Made by a program: the position numbers and the translations under genes | The notes under the pieces: model-generated | The model's input: only the letters and a program-made list of their open reading frames with translations | Database searches by the model: none | Told to the model about the DNA's origin: nothing | In this document: positions 11,555 through 23,200 of the stretch, in pieces | Layout of the letters: every line of letters begins with the position of its first letter | How positions within the stretch are numbered: position 1 is the stretch's first letter | NCBI GenBank assembly: GCA_000004985.1 | Contig: GG738917.1 | Length of the DNA: 64,000 nt | Strand: one strand, 5' to 3' | DNA from: Naegleria gruberi | Lineage: Eukaryota

Positions 11555-11784
11555 ATTAAACCTTTAAATCATTTCATGAGCTACTCATTTCAATTTCATC
11601 ACAATTACTTACGCTAGTTTATTCATAGTTGAATCAAGTTAATTTCTTCCTCTGATTTGACCAACTTTCCTAATAATGTCCTCATGAGCTTCACATTTCA
11701 TATGTCAACTTCAAAGAAACCATGTGTAAAGTAAGCGATTACCTTTCATGAAATTGTGTGGAAAATTTTAAAAACAATTAAAAA

Positions 11785-12915
11785 ATGTCAAAAGTTTGTT
11801 TGCTTGTTTTTTTCGTGGTCTTGGCAGGTCTTGTCTGTTGTGTACAAGGAGCAATTCATCTTTTACCACCACAATCATCTTCTTCTACCAGCTTTTCAAC
11901 AATTTCCACAAGAAATGTCAACCAAAATGTAGGGCCCTCTGGTAATACTAATTATATCAACTTGACAGGTGTCATTGCAGGTTCAATCTCAGGTTTAGTC
12001 TTTCTAGTCGTCATCTTACCAACAATTGTTGCTTGTTCTTTAATGTGTGTACTTGTATGTGTGACTGAGGAGAAAGTAGAAGAAAGAGAGTTGGAATCTC
12101 AGAATCCGTTTAATCTTCCATCAAGTGTAATTTCTGGTGAATTTGTGAATGGAACAACATTGTATGATGTTAATTATGCTGACTGTGCCGTTTTTCTTTT
12201 TTGGGTTGTGACTTGGTTATTCAGAAAATTGACTTGTGGCATTTTCGATTCACTTTTAATATTGAGAAGTACTAGATTTCGTGTCAGAAAAATGTTAGTC
12301 GGAAATAGAAGATTAGACTTGGACATTTCAGATAATTGCTGTCATATTCCATTCCTACATTATTTGAATAGTGCATTGAATGTGTACACTTGTGGTTTGT
12401 GGAGAGTTTTCGGCTTGACTCATCGTTTCTATTATAGAAAAATCGATGATAGAATCTTTTGGAAACCAATCGAAAGTTCATCTCAACCCAATCAAGCTAT
12501 TCAATGGGTTGGTTTTGATGAAAAACCTGGCAAACATCAATTTACCTGGTTTAGTATCTATTGTGGATGGAAGACCGAATTAATGTATTGGTTCCTGAAG
12601 AGAATTGTAAATGTTTTCACATTATTCTTTGGCGATGCATTTATTGAAGCTTGGTATTTGAGAGAAAAGATTAAGTATGCTAAATTTGGTGGTAAGGGAA
12701 GTTTTGCAGTGATTCAAAATGGTCAACCAACTTCATTTATTTCTGGCTCTCCAATGAATTTGACATTCCATTCAATTCTGGATGGTTGTTCCTATTTGGG
12801 AAGATTGCTGTTGTATAGATTTTTGTGGATTATCACATGTGGATTGTTTGGATGTTGTTCAGGTGAGAGTTTTATTCTTTCATATATTGATGCACATTTG
12901 GTATTGAATAGATGA
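11785..12915 (+). CDS. hypothetical Cys-rich membrane protein with signal peptide
   Basis: 376 aa. The N-terminus is a signal peptide (MSKVCLLVFFVVLAGLVCCVQG), with a TM segment at about residues 60-90 and an aromatic/Cys-rich C-terminal domain of unknown family. Confidence 0.4.
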   Translation: MSKVCLLVFFVVLAGLVCCVQGAIHLLPPQSSSSTSFSTISTRNVNQNVGPSGNTNYINLTGVIAGSISGLVFLVVILPTIVACSLMCVLVCVTEEKVEERELESQNPFNLPSSVISGEFVNGTTLYDVNYADCAVFLFWVVTWLFRKLTCGIFDSLLILRSTRFRVRKMLVGNRRLDLDISDNCCHIPFLHYLNSALNVYTCGLWRVFGLTHRFYYRKIDDRIFWKPIESSSQPNQAIQWVGFDEKPGKHQFTWFSIYCGWKTELMYWFLKRIVNVFTLFFGDAFIEAWYLREKIKYAKFGGKGSFAVIQNGQPTSFISGSPMNLTFHSILDGCSYLGRLLLYRFLWIITCGLFGCCSGESFILSYIDAHLVLNR

Positions 12916-13082
12916 GTTTACAACAATATTGAAATATATTAAAATCACACAAACTAGGCTTTAAAATTAACACATCCTACATCTTTATCCACCAAATTTG
13001 GAAGTAGTCATTGGTTAGCAATATTCAATTTCATTACCTTTTCAAATATTCGAGTTCATAATGATTCGGAAATCAATTTCCG

Positions 13083-13769
13083 TTGCTTCCTTTAAAAAAA
13101 ATGGCAGAAATTCAAACACTCGATTTGATCCGAGTGGAGAATAATGCAGAGCTCATTTCCAGCACTCCTCCATCATTTGGAGATATTAGAATTAAACCCT
13201 TGAACTCTCTACTGCTTCCGATAGTTTCTGATGCGAAAATTCTATATGATACAACAAGATTTACCTATTTTGAAGTTAAATTATGTCAAACACTAACTAA
13301 ACTTTTCATTGGATTTGGGTTTACTTCATCAGAGTCACATGATGACGAAGATATTGTTGGATGGGATACAGACACTATTGGTTTTCATTATGATAACGGA
13401 AGAGTCTATCAGGAAACAAGTTTTACAGCACCTATTGCTGATAAACTTCATTTAGTGGATGTAAAGGGAGATGAAGTGTTTGGATTCTTTTTGGACCACG
13501 AAATTGGTGAATTCAAAGTGACATGTAATGGAAGATTATTGCACAATTCATTGGGAACTCGATTCACAATGGAAAAGTACAAGAAGAAGATTTTTAAACC
13601 AATGATAAGTGTGGATTGTGGAATGAGAGTTGAGATGGAAATTAATTTGGGATTACAATTGGGAAGTCGACCATTTTTATTTACAGAGATGGTACTGGTG
13701 AAACAGAGACAGAAATTATTTGAAATGCAAGGGAAATGTTCTGATATGGAAATTGTTTGTCAGGAATAA
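13083..13769 (+). CDS. SPRY (B30.2-like) domain protein
   Basis: ...IVGWDTDTIGFHYDNGRVYQETSF...GDEVFGFFLDHEIGEFKVTCNGRLL matches the SPRY core (xWGyhgDdG..y...; RanBP9/10-like). The probable true start is MAEIQTL at 13101. Confidence 0.5.
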   Translation: MLPLKKMAEIQTLDLIRVENNAELISSTPPSFGDIRIKPLNSLLLPIVSDAKILYDTTRFTYFEVKLCQTLTKLFIGFGFTSSESHDDEDIVGWDTDTIGFHYDNGRVYQETSFTAPIADKLHLVDVKGDEVFGFFLDHEIGEFKVTCNGRLLHNSLGTRFTMEKYKKKIFKPMISVDCGMRVEMEINLGLQLGSRPFLFTEMVLVKQRQKLFEMQGKCSDMEIVCQE

Positions 13770-14153
13770 TGCATTTTCCCATAGGTCAATTCAAGTTTTC
13801 AAGAGTCGAATAATGACAGGCTGTTGAAACACTACGAATTGAACAAGAAAGAACTTTCATGATGAATTGAATTCTCATTAGATATTGCAAAATTGAGTTT
13901 TTTTTCCGTTACCATAACAATATACCAATAGTTGCGTCACAACACATACCCAATAAATCGGCTGCCTTACTCAGTTTGTTTTTTTGGTGGTCTTGCCCAC
14001 TTGTAGAGTATCTCTTAACTTCTTATCAAAAATTTGTGACTGAGTTAGTTTAATTTACTTTACAACCCGATTTCCTTTGATTACTGGACTCATACAGATT
14101 TATAAATCAGGTGCCGCACACAATTTTAACTTTAAAAAATTATTTAAAAAAAT

Positions 14154-15623
14154 ATGAAAGATCCAAAGAGAAGAGTTTTGCAGGAATTTATTAAACTTTT
14201 CGCTGATGAGAAGGTTCAAATTCAAGCGGAAAAGAAGAAGAAATCTTCATCACCACAATCGGATAATGATGGAAGAATTATGCTGGAAGAAAAGACATTA
14301 GAATGGGCTACAGATAATGACGGCTACAAGGTTGTATTTACTAAAATATTGTCCTATTTGGATGAGTATGATTTGGCACTTTCTATTCAGCCTACTTGTA
14401 AATTGTTCCAAAATTTTTCAAAGAATGATCAATTGTGGGAAAAGCTCATGTATTACAAATATGATAATGATTATTTGTGTATTTTTAAAGCACACAAAAG
14501 AGACTATTTCCGTAGTGGAAATTGGGAAGATTTCAAGAAAAGATATCAAGATCTTGCCAATTGTAAGGAAAGATTTGTTGCATCTTGGAGAGAGTACAAT
14601 AGTTTGGGTCTAGCAGAGGGATCCTATCGCTTCCATGAACCAACTTCATTTGAATACAGAAGAAAAAAGCATAGAGATTGTGATAAATGCCTAGATGGAA
14701 TTGATGAGGACGAGCCATTTATAGTTGTTGATCCATTTTATTCTAGAAAGGCTCTCCATATCGATTGTGTAAATAAGGAACGTTTTAGAGAAATATATCC
14801 ACATGTTTTGAACTTTCTTCCAGAAAATTCTCCCTACAAACAAGATGTAATCAACTCACTTTACAGATCTAGAATGTTTGATCATGTTGATGGTTCAAGC
14901 AAAAAGCAAGCTGACAAAGATGAAGAAGAAGAATTGGAAGATGAAGAAGAATTACCAGAATATTCATGTGATATATGTGAAGAACCAATTTATGGAATCA
15001 GATACAATTGTCTGGATTGTGGAGAGTATGATTTGTGTGGATACTGTTGTGAAAAGGTCATTATGAAACAGAAGGGGTCAACATTGAAAATGTGTCAACA
15101 TGCTGATCATCCTCACGATCACACTTTCCAATCTGTTGATGAAGAAGAGTTTACTACCTATTCCTGTAACCAGTGTAAAGAAAAAATTAGAGGCCACAGA
15201 TATCACAAATTGGATGAAACAGATTATGATTTATGTACATTATGTTTCTTTGATACAAATTCCAAAGATGCCTATGAAAAGATTGATCTCTTTGGAGAGA
15301 AATCAGTTGAACCTCTCTACACTAGTTTCTGTGAAAAATTATTACTGAAAGAGGTCAAGTCCGTTCTTGAAGCTCTCGGTGAGGAAGTTGCAAACATGAC
15401 AAAGAAGCAACTCTCAGCCAAATTGTTTGAGATTTTAGAGGAAAAGAAGGAGGACAATACCAGACCAACCATTTGCAGTCTAGTTTCCAGTGTAGAAAGA
15501 TTCTGCTGCAAAGACCAAGATGGAATAGTATTACCAAGTTCTGCTCCAAATGCCCTTGTAGCTAGTGTTGAATTGGTTGATGAAGCAGTAAAACCGCCAA
15601 AGAAGAAAACTAAGACCGAATGA
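14154..15623 (+). CDS. F-box-like + triple ZZ-type zinc-finger protein
   Basis: The N-terminus LSYLDEYDLALSIQPTCKLFQNFSKNDQLWEKLMY is F-box-like. Three ZZ-type Cys/His fingers follow (CDKCLDGIDEDEPF...; CDICEEPIYGIRYNCLDCGEYDLCGYCC; CNQCKEKIRGHRYHKLDETDYDLCTLCF), separated by an acidic EEEELEDEEE linker. Confidence 0.55.
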   Translation: MKDPKRRVLQEFIKLFADEKVQIQAEKKKKSSSPQSDNDGRIMLEEKTLEWATDNDGYKVVFTKILSYLDEYDLALSIQPTCKLFQNFSKNDQLWEKLMYYKYDNDYLCIFKAHKRDYFRSGNWEDFKKRYQDLANCKERFVASWREYNSLGLAEGSYRFHEPTSFEYRRKKHRDCDKCLDGIDEDEPFIVVDPFYSRKALHIDCVNKERFREIYPHVLNFLPENSPYKQDVINSLYRSRMFDHVDGSSKKQADKDEEEELEDEEELPEYSCDICEEPIYGIRYNCLDCGEYDLCGYCCEKVIMKQKGSTLKMCQHADHPHDHTFQSVDEEEFTTYSCNQCKEKIRGHRYHKLDETDYDLCTLCFFDTNSKDAYEKIDLFGEKSVEPLYTSFCEKLLLKEVKSVLEALGEEVANMTKKQLSAKLFEILEEKKEDNTRPTICSLVSSVERFCCKDQDGIVLPSSAPNALVASVELVDEAVKPPKKKTKTE

Positions 15624-15695
15624 GCACTATGCAATATCCAAGTATTTAAACATTTCATTTCCAACCTTTATCTTGTCAATTTACAACTTGATTAG

Positions 15696-16253
15696 TTACT
15701 TTGATTTGGATGATTCTTCATTATTGTCATCAGGCTCTCCTCTCTCTGATTTATAGAAAATGTACAGAAGAAGGGAGAATAAATAGGTTGACTCATTCAA
15801 TGATGCTATTGCTGAATACCATGCCAACTTGTGCTCCTCAAGAGTAGCTAAATAAGCAAATACACAAATCAAGTGATGTATCCTAATCGAAACAGAAATA
15901 TCTCCACAAATTAATTCACTCAGGAAAAAAGCAACATTGCATTCCACAAAAATCAAATACACATCCGTTCCCTCTATGAGCGTATCTCCATTGGAAGCTT
16001 CCCAAGCCTTAATACAGTACCATAATCCTGAGCCAATGGTAATGACAGTTACTATCGTATTGATAGAAAGTCCAACATATTTAACAATTTTCTTTTTCAT
16101 TGACTTATCAATTCCCTGCTTTTTTACAATGTGAAATGCTAATATTTGTCCCAGATAATTGAGTGTAGCAAATAGTGCAAAGAATGCTGCAATGGAAGCA
16201 TAGGATATGGGACTTGGTGAACTTGTGATTTTGTCAGTAAAGGAAGTAGACAT
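15696..16253 (-). CDS. small polytopic membrane protein (possibly TLC/TMEM-like), hypothetical
   Basis: 185 aa with 4-5 hydrophobic helices and an acidic C-terminal tail. No diagnostic motif was recognised. Confidence 0.35.
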   Translation of the reverse strand: MSTSFTDKITSSPSPISYASIAAFFALFATLNYLGQILAFHIVKKQGIDKSMKKKIVKYVGLSINTIVTVITIGSGLWYCIKAWEASNGDTLIEGTDVYLIFVECNVAFFLSELICGDISVSIRIHHLICVFAYLATLEEHKLAWYSAIASLNESTYLFSLLLYIFYKSERGEPDDNNEESSKSK

Positions 16254-16936
16254 TTTTTGCAGTATAAATTAACTATCTATTAAAATGGAAGGTGTGCAAC
16301 AATTGATGATTATTATGTTTGGACGTGAACATTTTCATAAGATGGAAAGAAAAACATCTTCCTGATTATTACATTGTTTAGAAGTGATTACAGTTGTTTT
16401 TTCTATTATTGATAAAAATTGAAATTTAAGGTACCAATCTGCATGTTCACAAATCCCCCATTCACGAACCATGGCTGGTTAGGAATGCAGCAATCATCTA
16501 TGAACGAGGAAACCTACAACGAAGCATGTTTCCAGTTCTATGTCATGCTCAAGATATGTGACTACAGAGTCTTCATCTTGGTTAACCTCAAAGGTCAGAT
16601 TGACTCAAAAAAGTCGAGTTTATGTATTCCTACAGAAAAGATCCTGTAGAAGTACAGTCAATGGTTTTACAAATACTGCATCCTCAGTGATGTTTTGGTT
16701 GGGAAAGTGAGAAATGTTGTGAGGAGAAGTTATGGTTAAAATATTGGGAATTATTAGAATTTTTGGATCAAGAAAATATTTGAATTGAAGAAAGTACAAA
16801 AACCGAGTAATTAGAGAAACATGTTGTACACCAACAAGAACTATTTCATCAATATTGATTGAGATGGTGTTTGTTTTTGAAATATTTCAGGATGGACTAT
16901 TCAATGTCAAAAATAAGATTTCAAATTACATGTGAA

Positions 16937-17017
16937 GCAGGGGTTCCCGAGTGGTCAAAGGGGGTAGACTCAAGTTCTACTGCGCAAGCTTCGTGGGTTC
17001 AAATCCCACCTTCTGCA
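16937..17017 (+). tRNA. tRNA-Leu (anticodon CAA), class II with a long variable arm
   Basis: Acceptor GCAGGGG/CTTCTGC (2 G-U pairs), D-arm CCC-GAGTGGTCAAA-GGG, anticodon stem GTAGA/TCTAC with loop CTCAAGT, a long variable arm, T-arm GTGGG-TTCAAAT-CCCAC and discriminator A. The ORF 16859-17053 overlapping it is spurious. Confidence 0.8.
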
Positions 17018-17670
17018 GATTTTGCTTCTTTCTCCCTTAGTCTTTTTGAATAGACCACTATTTGCAAATATTTATTGTTAGTCCGACGTCTAGTTTCTAT
17101 GGTAAAAACTTTGTTCAATTTCATAAAGACTCTATAAAGATAATCAATAAAGATAACACTGACCTCAAATATTCCAGCCTAAACAATTTGAAAAATACCA
17201 TGCACAAAAAAGAAGAAAGACTACAAATTTGGCAAAGTGAAGGAAAAAGACTACAGCACCACAGGTTCCCAAGTTGTCTCCAACCTCAGTACTGATGTGG
17301 CTCGACGATAAATCGGACGGGATGAGGTGCATTCATCGTGATATGGCCGTAGCCATTCAATTGTTGAAAATTTGAAAAATAAATCAAATTCAAGCATGTT
17401 CTTGATAACAGGAAATATTGATATTTGTTGAGATTTATCATTTCACCACTAACAAATCAAATTGGAAAATTTAATTGTACTAATTTTTTATGGAATATTT
17501 TAAACTAGCTCATAAAAAAATGATGTTAAAACTGAGGCTTCTAAAAACGGATGTACAAATAGTTTTTAAAAAATAAAAACACAATTACCAAGATAGATAT
17601 CCAAACCATCACTACAAGAAAATAAATTGTGTGAAAATAAATGATCTTAGAAAAAATCATAAAATGTTAT

Positions 17671-17741
17671 CTCGAGTGCCGGGAATTGAACCCGGGTCGC
17701 CAGAGTGACAGTCTGGAATGCTACCACTATACCACACCCGA
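17671..17741 (-). tRNA. tRNA-Asp (anticodon GUC)
   Basis: The reverse complement reads TCGGGTG-TG-GTATAGTGGTAGCAT-TCCAGA-CTGTCAC-TCTGG-CGAC-CCGGG-TTCAATT-CCCGG-CACTCGA-G. It has a 7-bp acceptor, T-loop TTCAATT and anticodon GTC. Confidence 0.8.
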
Positions 17742-17923
17742 TTTCACATTAATTAATATACATCAGCACTGTTATACAGCAACTAGACTTGACCTTAGTT
17801 CAATAGATTGTAACTCCAATAGTGCAAATTGAAAGGCAGAAACAAGAAAGAGAAATGTCATGTAAATCATCTTTCAGCAAGTTCTCCCAATGTACACGAT
17901 TCGAATAAATCCAGAAGAAAAAA

Positions 17924-18145
17924 ATGACCAGAAGCAAGAATAGTTGTAAGGGCAGCCAAAAGTTTAAACCTTCCTCTGCATACCGTGCCAGTTGGAAGAG
18001 TCATAACCACAAAGCAGCCCGAACAAGAATTCGCTCAGTCACTTCACAAGCCAACAAGGGATCTCTATTCGGAGGTGTTGAAGATTTGCCTCAACTTCAT
18101 GAATATAGTGATAGATGGATGATAGATGATTTTAAATATATTTAA
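17924..18145 (+). CDS. possible small basic protein (73 aa), unverified
   Basis: AAAAATG start, TAA stop, coding-like GC-richer composition and a K/R-rich N-terminus (MTRSKNSCKGSQKFKPSSAYRASWKSHNHKAARTRIRS...). It lies between tRNA-Asp and the carrier gene. No homology was recognised. Confidence 0.2.
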   Translation: MTRSKNSCKGSQKFKPSSAYRASWKSHNHKAARTRIRSVTSQANKGSLFGGVEDLPQLHEYSDRWMIDDFKYI

Positions 18146-18247
18146 ATAATAGGCAAATGCATTTAAATAAATTCTTCATCAATTCTTCATAAAGTTTGTA
18201 AAATTAATTGATAACCAAATTAAATATTTATTTCTATAATTGGAATA

Positions 18248-19381
18248 TTACGAATTAAACATGTGTTTGATTAGTTCATAGGTAGAAATCATAATTGCAC
18301 ATGAAGGTGCCACTTTGAGACATCTTGGCATGAGTCCTCTCGAAAATCCTTTCATTCCCTGTGATTTGTAAATACTCCTCGAAATGTCAAACACTCCCAC
18401 ATGATTAGAATTGACATTTTGTGCATTTGTCTTGATTACATCGAATGGATGTGTAAGAGTTGTTGCAAAAACACCTCCAATAGCTCCACTCAGAAATGAA
18501 ATCAAAATTAAATTACTGCATTTCACATCATCCCCAGAAGATAATCTTGCCTTACAATCCTTATTTGTTGCAATCAATAAATTATACTTTAAATTCTCGT
18601 AAAACATCCAATAAAGTGAAGAAAATGGAACATCTCTCAATAAAGTTGCTGAATATCCTCTCAGTAATTGATCCCACCTCAAATCACGTAAATAAATCTT
18701 TGTTTTCGATACTTGAGAAGCAGTTTTGAAATATTCAATCGGATTTGTAACTGTTACTGCAATAATTCTTGCCACACAACCTGAAATCAATGGAGTAAAA
18801 GTGTGTCCATAATCCTTGAATTGAACCTTGAATTTCTCATAAAGTGAATAGTAAATTCCATTATTAGGAATGGTCATTAACAATGTTGGCCTAAGTCCTC
18901 TCCACAATGTTGCAATTCCTTCATGTTTTACAATAGAAAGCAAGCCTCGGAATGTTGATTGAGGTAAATGATGATGTTTTGTATGAAGTTGATGAGAATT
19001 AGATTGTGTCTGAAGCCTACTTTTAATTACATCCAATGGACAAGTAAATACAGCAGTAAGACACGAACCAAATGTTGATGCAATGATTTGTTGAGTGAGT
19101 GGAGCAGGTTTACCAAAGGAAGAATGATACTTTTCTATTAGGAAATTAGATATAGATGAAGATGATGATGATTGTATAGGTTGATCATGATTATTATTAT
19201 TATGAATATTAATGGCAGATAAAACAGATGGTGCTGATGAAGGAATCTTTGTATTATTTAAACTATTTAAATTATTATTGTTATCATCAATCATTTCTAA
19301 TCGTGAAAGTATCACTCTCGGATTATCATGCACAATAACCGATGATGCTGATGATGATGAATACTTCTCTTCAATGTTCAT
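18248..19381 (-). CDS. mitochondrial substrate carrier family protein (SLC25-like) with an N-terminal Asn/Ser-rich extension
   Basis: Three carrier repeats with P-x-[DE]-x-x-[KR] signatures (PLDVIKSRLQ; NPIEYFKTASQ; PFDVIKTNAQ) and 6 TM helices. Confidence 0.8.
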   Translation of the reverse strand: MNIEEKYSSSSASSVIVHDNPRVILSRLEMIDDNNNNLNSLNNTKIPSSAPSVLSAINIHNNNNHDQPIQSSSSSSISNFLIEKYHSSFGKPAPLTQQIIASTFGSCLTAVFTCPLDVIKSRLQTQSNSHQLHTKHHHLPQSTFRGLLSIVKHEGIATLWRGLRPTLLMTIPNNGIYYSLYEKFKVQFKDYGHTFTPLISGCVARIIAVTVTNPIEYFKTASQVSKTKIYLRDLRWDQLLRGYSATLLRDVPFSSLYWMFYENLKYNLLIATNKDCKARLSSGDDVKCSNLILISFLSGAIGGVFATTLTHPFDVIKTNAQNVNSNHVGVFDISRSIYKSQGMKGFSRGLMPRCLKVAPSCAIMISTYELIKHMFNS

Positions 19382-20222
19382 AATTATTATTAATTATAAT
19401 ATCAGATAAATATTAATCTTAAAAGCAAACTCTTCAAAATATGTTAGAGTTTTGCCAATGAAGGTTCTTTTTTCTGATTGAATAAAAAGTATTATTCAAT
19501 CTTCTTCCCCTACTCGATTCTATATTATAGCAACTTCAACAACACGGATTTGCATTGATTCTCTCTCAATCAATTTTATTAGGATCCCTATTTGGTAATT
19601 AATATATAAGCAATACCATCTAATGGTCAATGCTTTTTTCTTCTGTTTACCAGCAAACCATTGAATATCGAGATCAATGGTAATTGATGAGAATCCTTTA
19701 AGGTAGCATTAATTCAAGCTGTTTCCTTAGTGCATGAGGAGGACTCCTTCATCATCAAATCAATTTTGAATGTGTGTTGAATTAAAATCAATATCGGAAT
19801 GGGTATCAGATCGTTGTATGAGCTTTTTTTCAACTCTAAATCATTTGTAAAAATAATAATAATATTAAATAATAAATATTAATAATATTAAATTATGAAA
19901 AGCTTAAGAATGTTGTGAGTGGGAAGAAATGAATAGACCTTCGTTCTCTCAGTAAAATAATAATCAAGGCTCATTGTCGGTAATCTGTTCAAAGGTTTCG
20001 AATAAACTTTGGCTTGAAACCACAAAACCATCAAAATCATCAACTGTTGTGATTACGATTTCTTGATGAGGTTTTTCTATTTTCATCACATAATAAAAAT
20101 TCATCATCTCTCGAGTGTGGAAACAATATCCGAAACCTTTCAAAACTATTCGATATTAAAAAGTTGGAATTTAAAATTCTAAGAAGGATTAAAATTGTTC
20201 TTTATTTGCTATCTATTTAATT

Positions 20223-23200
20223 ATGGGAGTTGATGGCAGTAATAGTGGAAACTTTACTGAAGTTTCGAATATGATTGCAAACATGGAACAAAATAAGCAA
20301 CTATTCGAAACAATTACATCAAGAGCTACATTTGCTAGACATCATCGAAAACCACAAACTAGCAACAGCACGGAAAATTTAGAAACAAGAACAACATCAA
20401 ATAATTTATACGAAAATTTATTGGAAACTAAAGGTGAAAATATTATTGGTCGTAAATCAAGTAATAGTTCGTGGACAGTAGAGGAAATTCCACTCTCTTC
20501 AAGACAATCTAAAAATTTAATGGAAACTTTAAACGAAACTCAACTAAACCTTACTGTTATTGTTCAAGACGAAAGTGATGATGCAATTATTAGAAGTGAA
20601 AGTGTAAAGAGTGATGAATCAATAACTATTCTAAATGAACTCTATGATGAGAATTCAATATCCGAAACTGAAAACTATTCGAATAGAATGAATGAAAATA
20701 AGAGAACTCCAATTCAGTCCTCAACTTCAAAGAAATTAAAATTTGATGCACTGATTCCAAACTCTATCAAGAATATGTTTCTTAGTACGAAACGTTCTCA
20801 ACCTTCGAATAGTTTATACGAAGAAGAAAAACCCAAAAAAAATACCAAAAATAGAAAATCACCATCCCTTAGAAATGAAGGTGATTCAAATTCATCCACT
20901 TCTTCACCAATTGCTACTCCAAATGTATTAGATTCCATTGATAATAATGAAAACATAATTTCCAATTGGATTTCAATATTTGAAAATTTACAAAAATCTC
21001 AAAAAGAAGGAAATGATTCAACTTCGACCAGTAAGAATGGAAGTATTATTACAGTATCATCACCACCTAATACTACTACTATTGATAATAGCAACAATAC
21101 TCAATTTTGTATGAATGGAAAAGAGTTTATTGATCTTATTCGAATGTCCTATCAGAATCTCTGTAAATCCAATTTAGTCACTTTGGATGGCAAAGTGTTA
21201 TATGCTTTTGTTTCTACATTGATTACAATGAATTTGATGGTAGAATCTTCAACAACAATAGTTTCTAATGATGAAAATTCTATTCGATTATCACTTGCTT
21301 CAAATCTTTGCAGAAACGAAACTTTATTCGAAACTTTAAACCTCACCTTGTATCCAGAAAGAATCAAACAAGAAAAAGAAAAGGTCTTTGATGCATCATT
21401 ACAATTTCTAAAGCATCAAGTCACTTGTCAACCGCCTTGCGCGCAAATTTTCAACTCACAAACTAATAACTCGACAGCTAGCAGCAATTTTAATGATCGT
21501 AACGAACAAGAATTGAACATAGATAAGAATATGCTACTACAACGAAGAGAATCAAAATTATTGCTGTCATTCGAAGAATTTTTAACTGTCAATAATCAAT
21601 GCAAGATGGGATCATCATTATCTCATGAAGATGTAACAAATTCTACTATTTACAAAGCCGAGGATTTAGAAAAACAAGAAAAAACAACAAATAATTCAAC
21701 ATTTAACGAAATGTCATCACATCAATCAAATGACAAATTAGTTGAAGAAAATGCATCACAAACAACAACAACAGACTTGGCAATCTCCAATTCAGCAGCA
21801 AACTTAACATTACTCTCAAATTTAGGAACCAACGTCAGCAATCACATCAAACAACCTTCAAATAATTCTAATTGTAACAATACTCATTCAACAATTTCAT
21901 CCATCACCACTCCTCCATCTTCTTCCAATGAAGAAATCTCCAATCCATCATCATCTACTCCTTCTGGTCCATCTCCTTACGAGTTGAAATTAAAAATTGG
22001 AGAGAAAAATCTTTCAGAATTGAAACAACAATTAAAAGATAGAAAACACAGATATGGTTTTTTAACTCCGACTCAGTTTTTGGAGTTTGGATTGAGGGCT
22101 GGTTTTGATGAGGAGGAGTTTGCTTCGATATTTGCAGTTACTTATTCAACATTAATGTCAGCTCATCAATTAATTCCACAAATGCAATATGTGATGAAAA
22201 TTATTCTAAATGATGAGAAACTTCCAAAACCAATTACTGATGAAGAGGATGAAGAGGATGAGGATGGAGATTCTGGTGATCAGAATAGAGGTTCATTCTT
22301 GGAAGATGACTGTAAATTATCCAAAGAAGAAAAGAATAATGTTATTGGAAGAGTTTCTCGATTCTTAAAACAATTTGTACTTTTATCATTTTCTGATTTT
22401 AAATATGATAAGCAATTCCATGAGATACTGTATTCATTTGTTGCTCCATTGATTGGGTTTATTGATTTTGAGGCAAGTAATGGAGCTTTAATTCAGGAAC
22501 AAGTTGTTGATTTGGTTGAGAGAATTACACTTGTAATATCGGGAGCTCACGAAGATCAGTTTTGTCAAACTGAAGTTGCTCCAAAACCTCTTATCAAAAA
22601 GCTGCCAACTGATCCAAGAAAAATCAATCTTATAGATATTGATCCAGTTGAGATTGCAAGACAATTGACACTTTTTGAATTTAGCTCATTTGAGAAATTG
22701 AGTGCTAAAGAATTATTGGGAGCTTCTTGGATGAAAGATTCCAAAGAGTGGACAGCACCAAATGTCACCCAATTAATTTGGAGATCTAATCAGCTTACTG
22801 ATTGGGTCAGCACTTTTATTTGTAGTATAACTAATTTAAAGGATAGAAAAAAAGCTCTGAAACATTTAATTCATGTAGCAGATGCTTGTCTCGAGATTCA
22901 TAACTATAATACTGTATTTGAAATTGTAATGGGTCTGATTTCTCAACCTGTTTACCGATTAAAGAAAACTTGGGAAGTACTCAAGGAGAATGATTTACAA
23001 CGAGTTTGGAAACGATTGGAAGATATAACAAGTTTCCCTGGTAATAGAAGAGTTTACAGAGATCAGATACAAAAGGTCATTAAGGAATCTGTGGTAAAGA
23101 TGACTCCTTGTCTGCCCTATCTCGGAGTTCACTTGAGTGATTTGGTCTTTTTCGATGAAGGAAACAAGGATTCAATGGAGAAGGGAATCACTACTTTTTA

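Noticed and set aside
16859-17053. 64-aa ORF overlapping tRNA-Leu
   Set aside because: It is fully explained by the tRNA gene on the same strand and is spurious.
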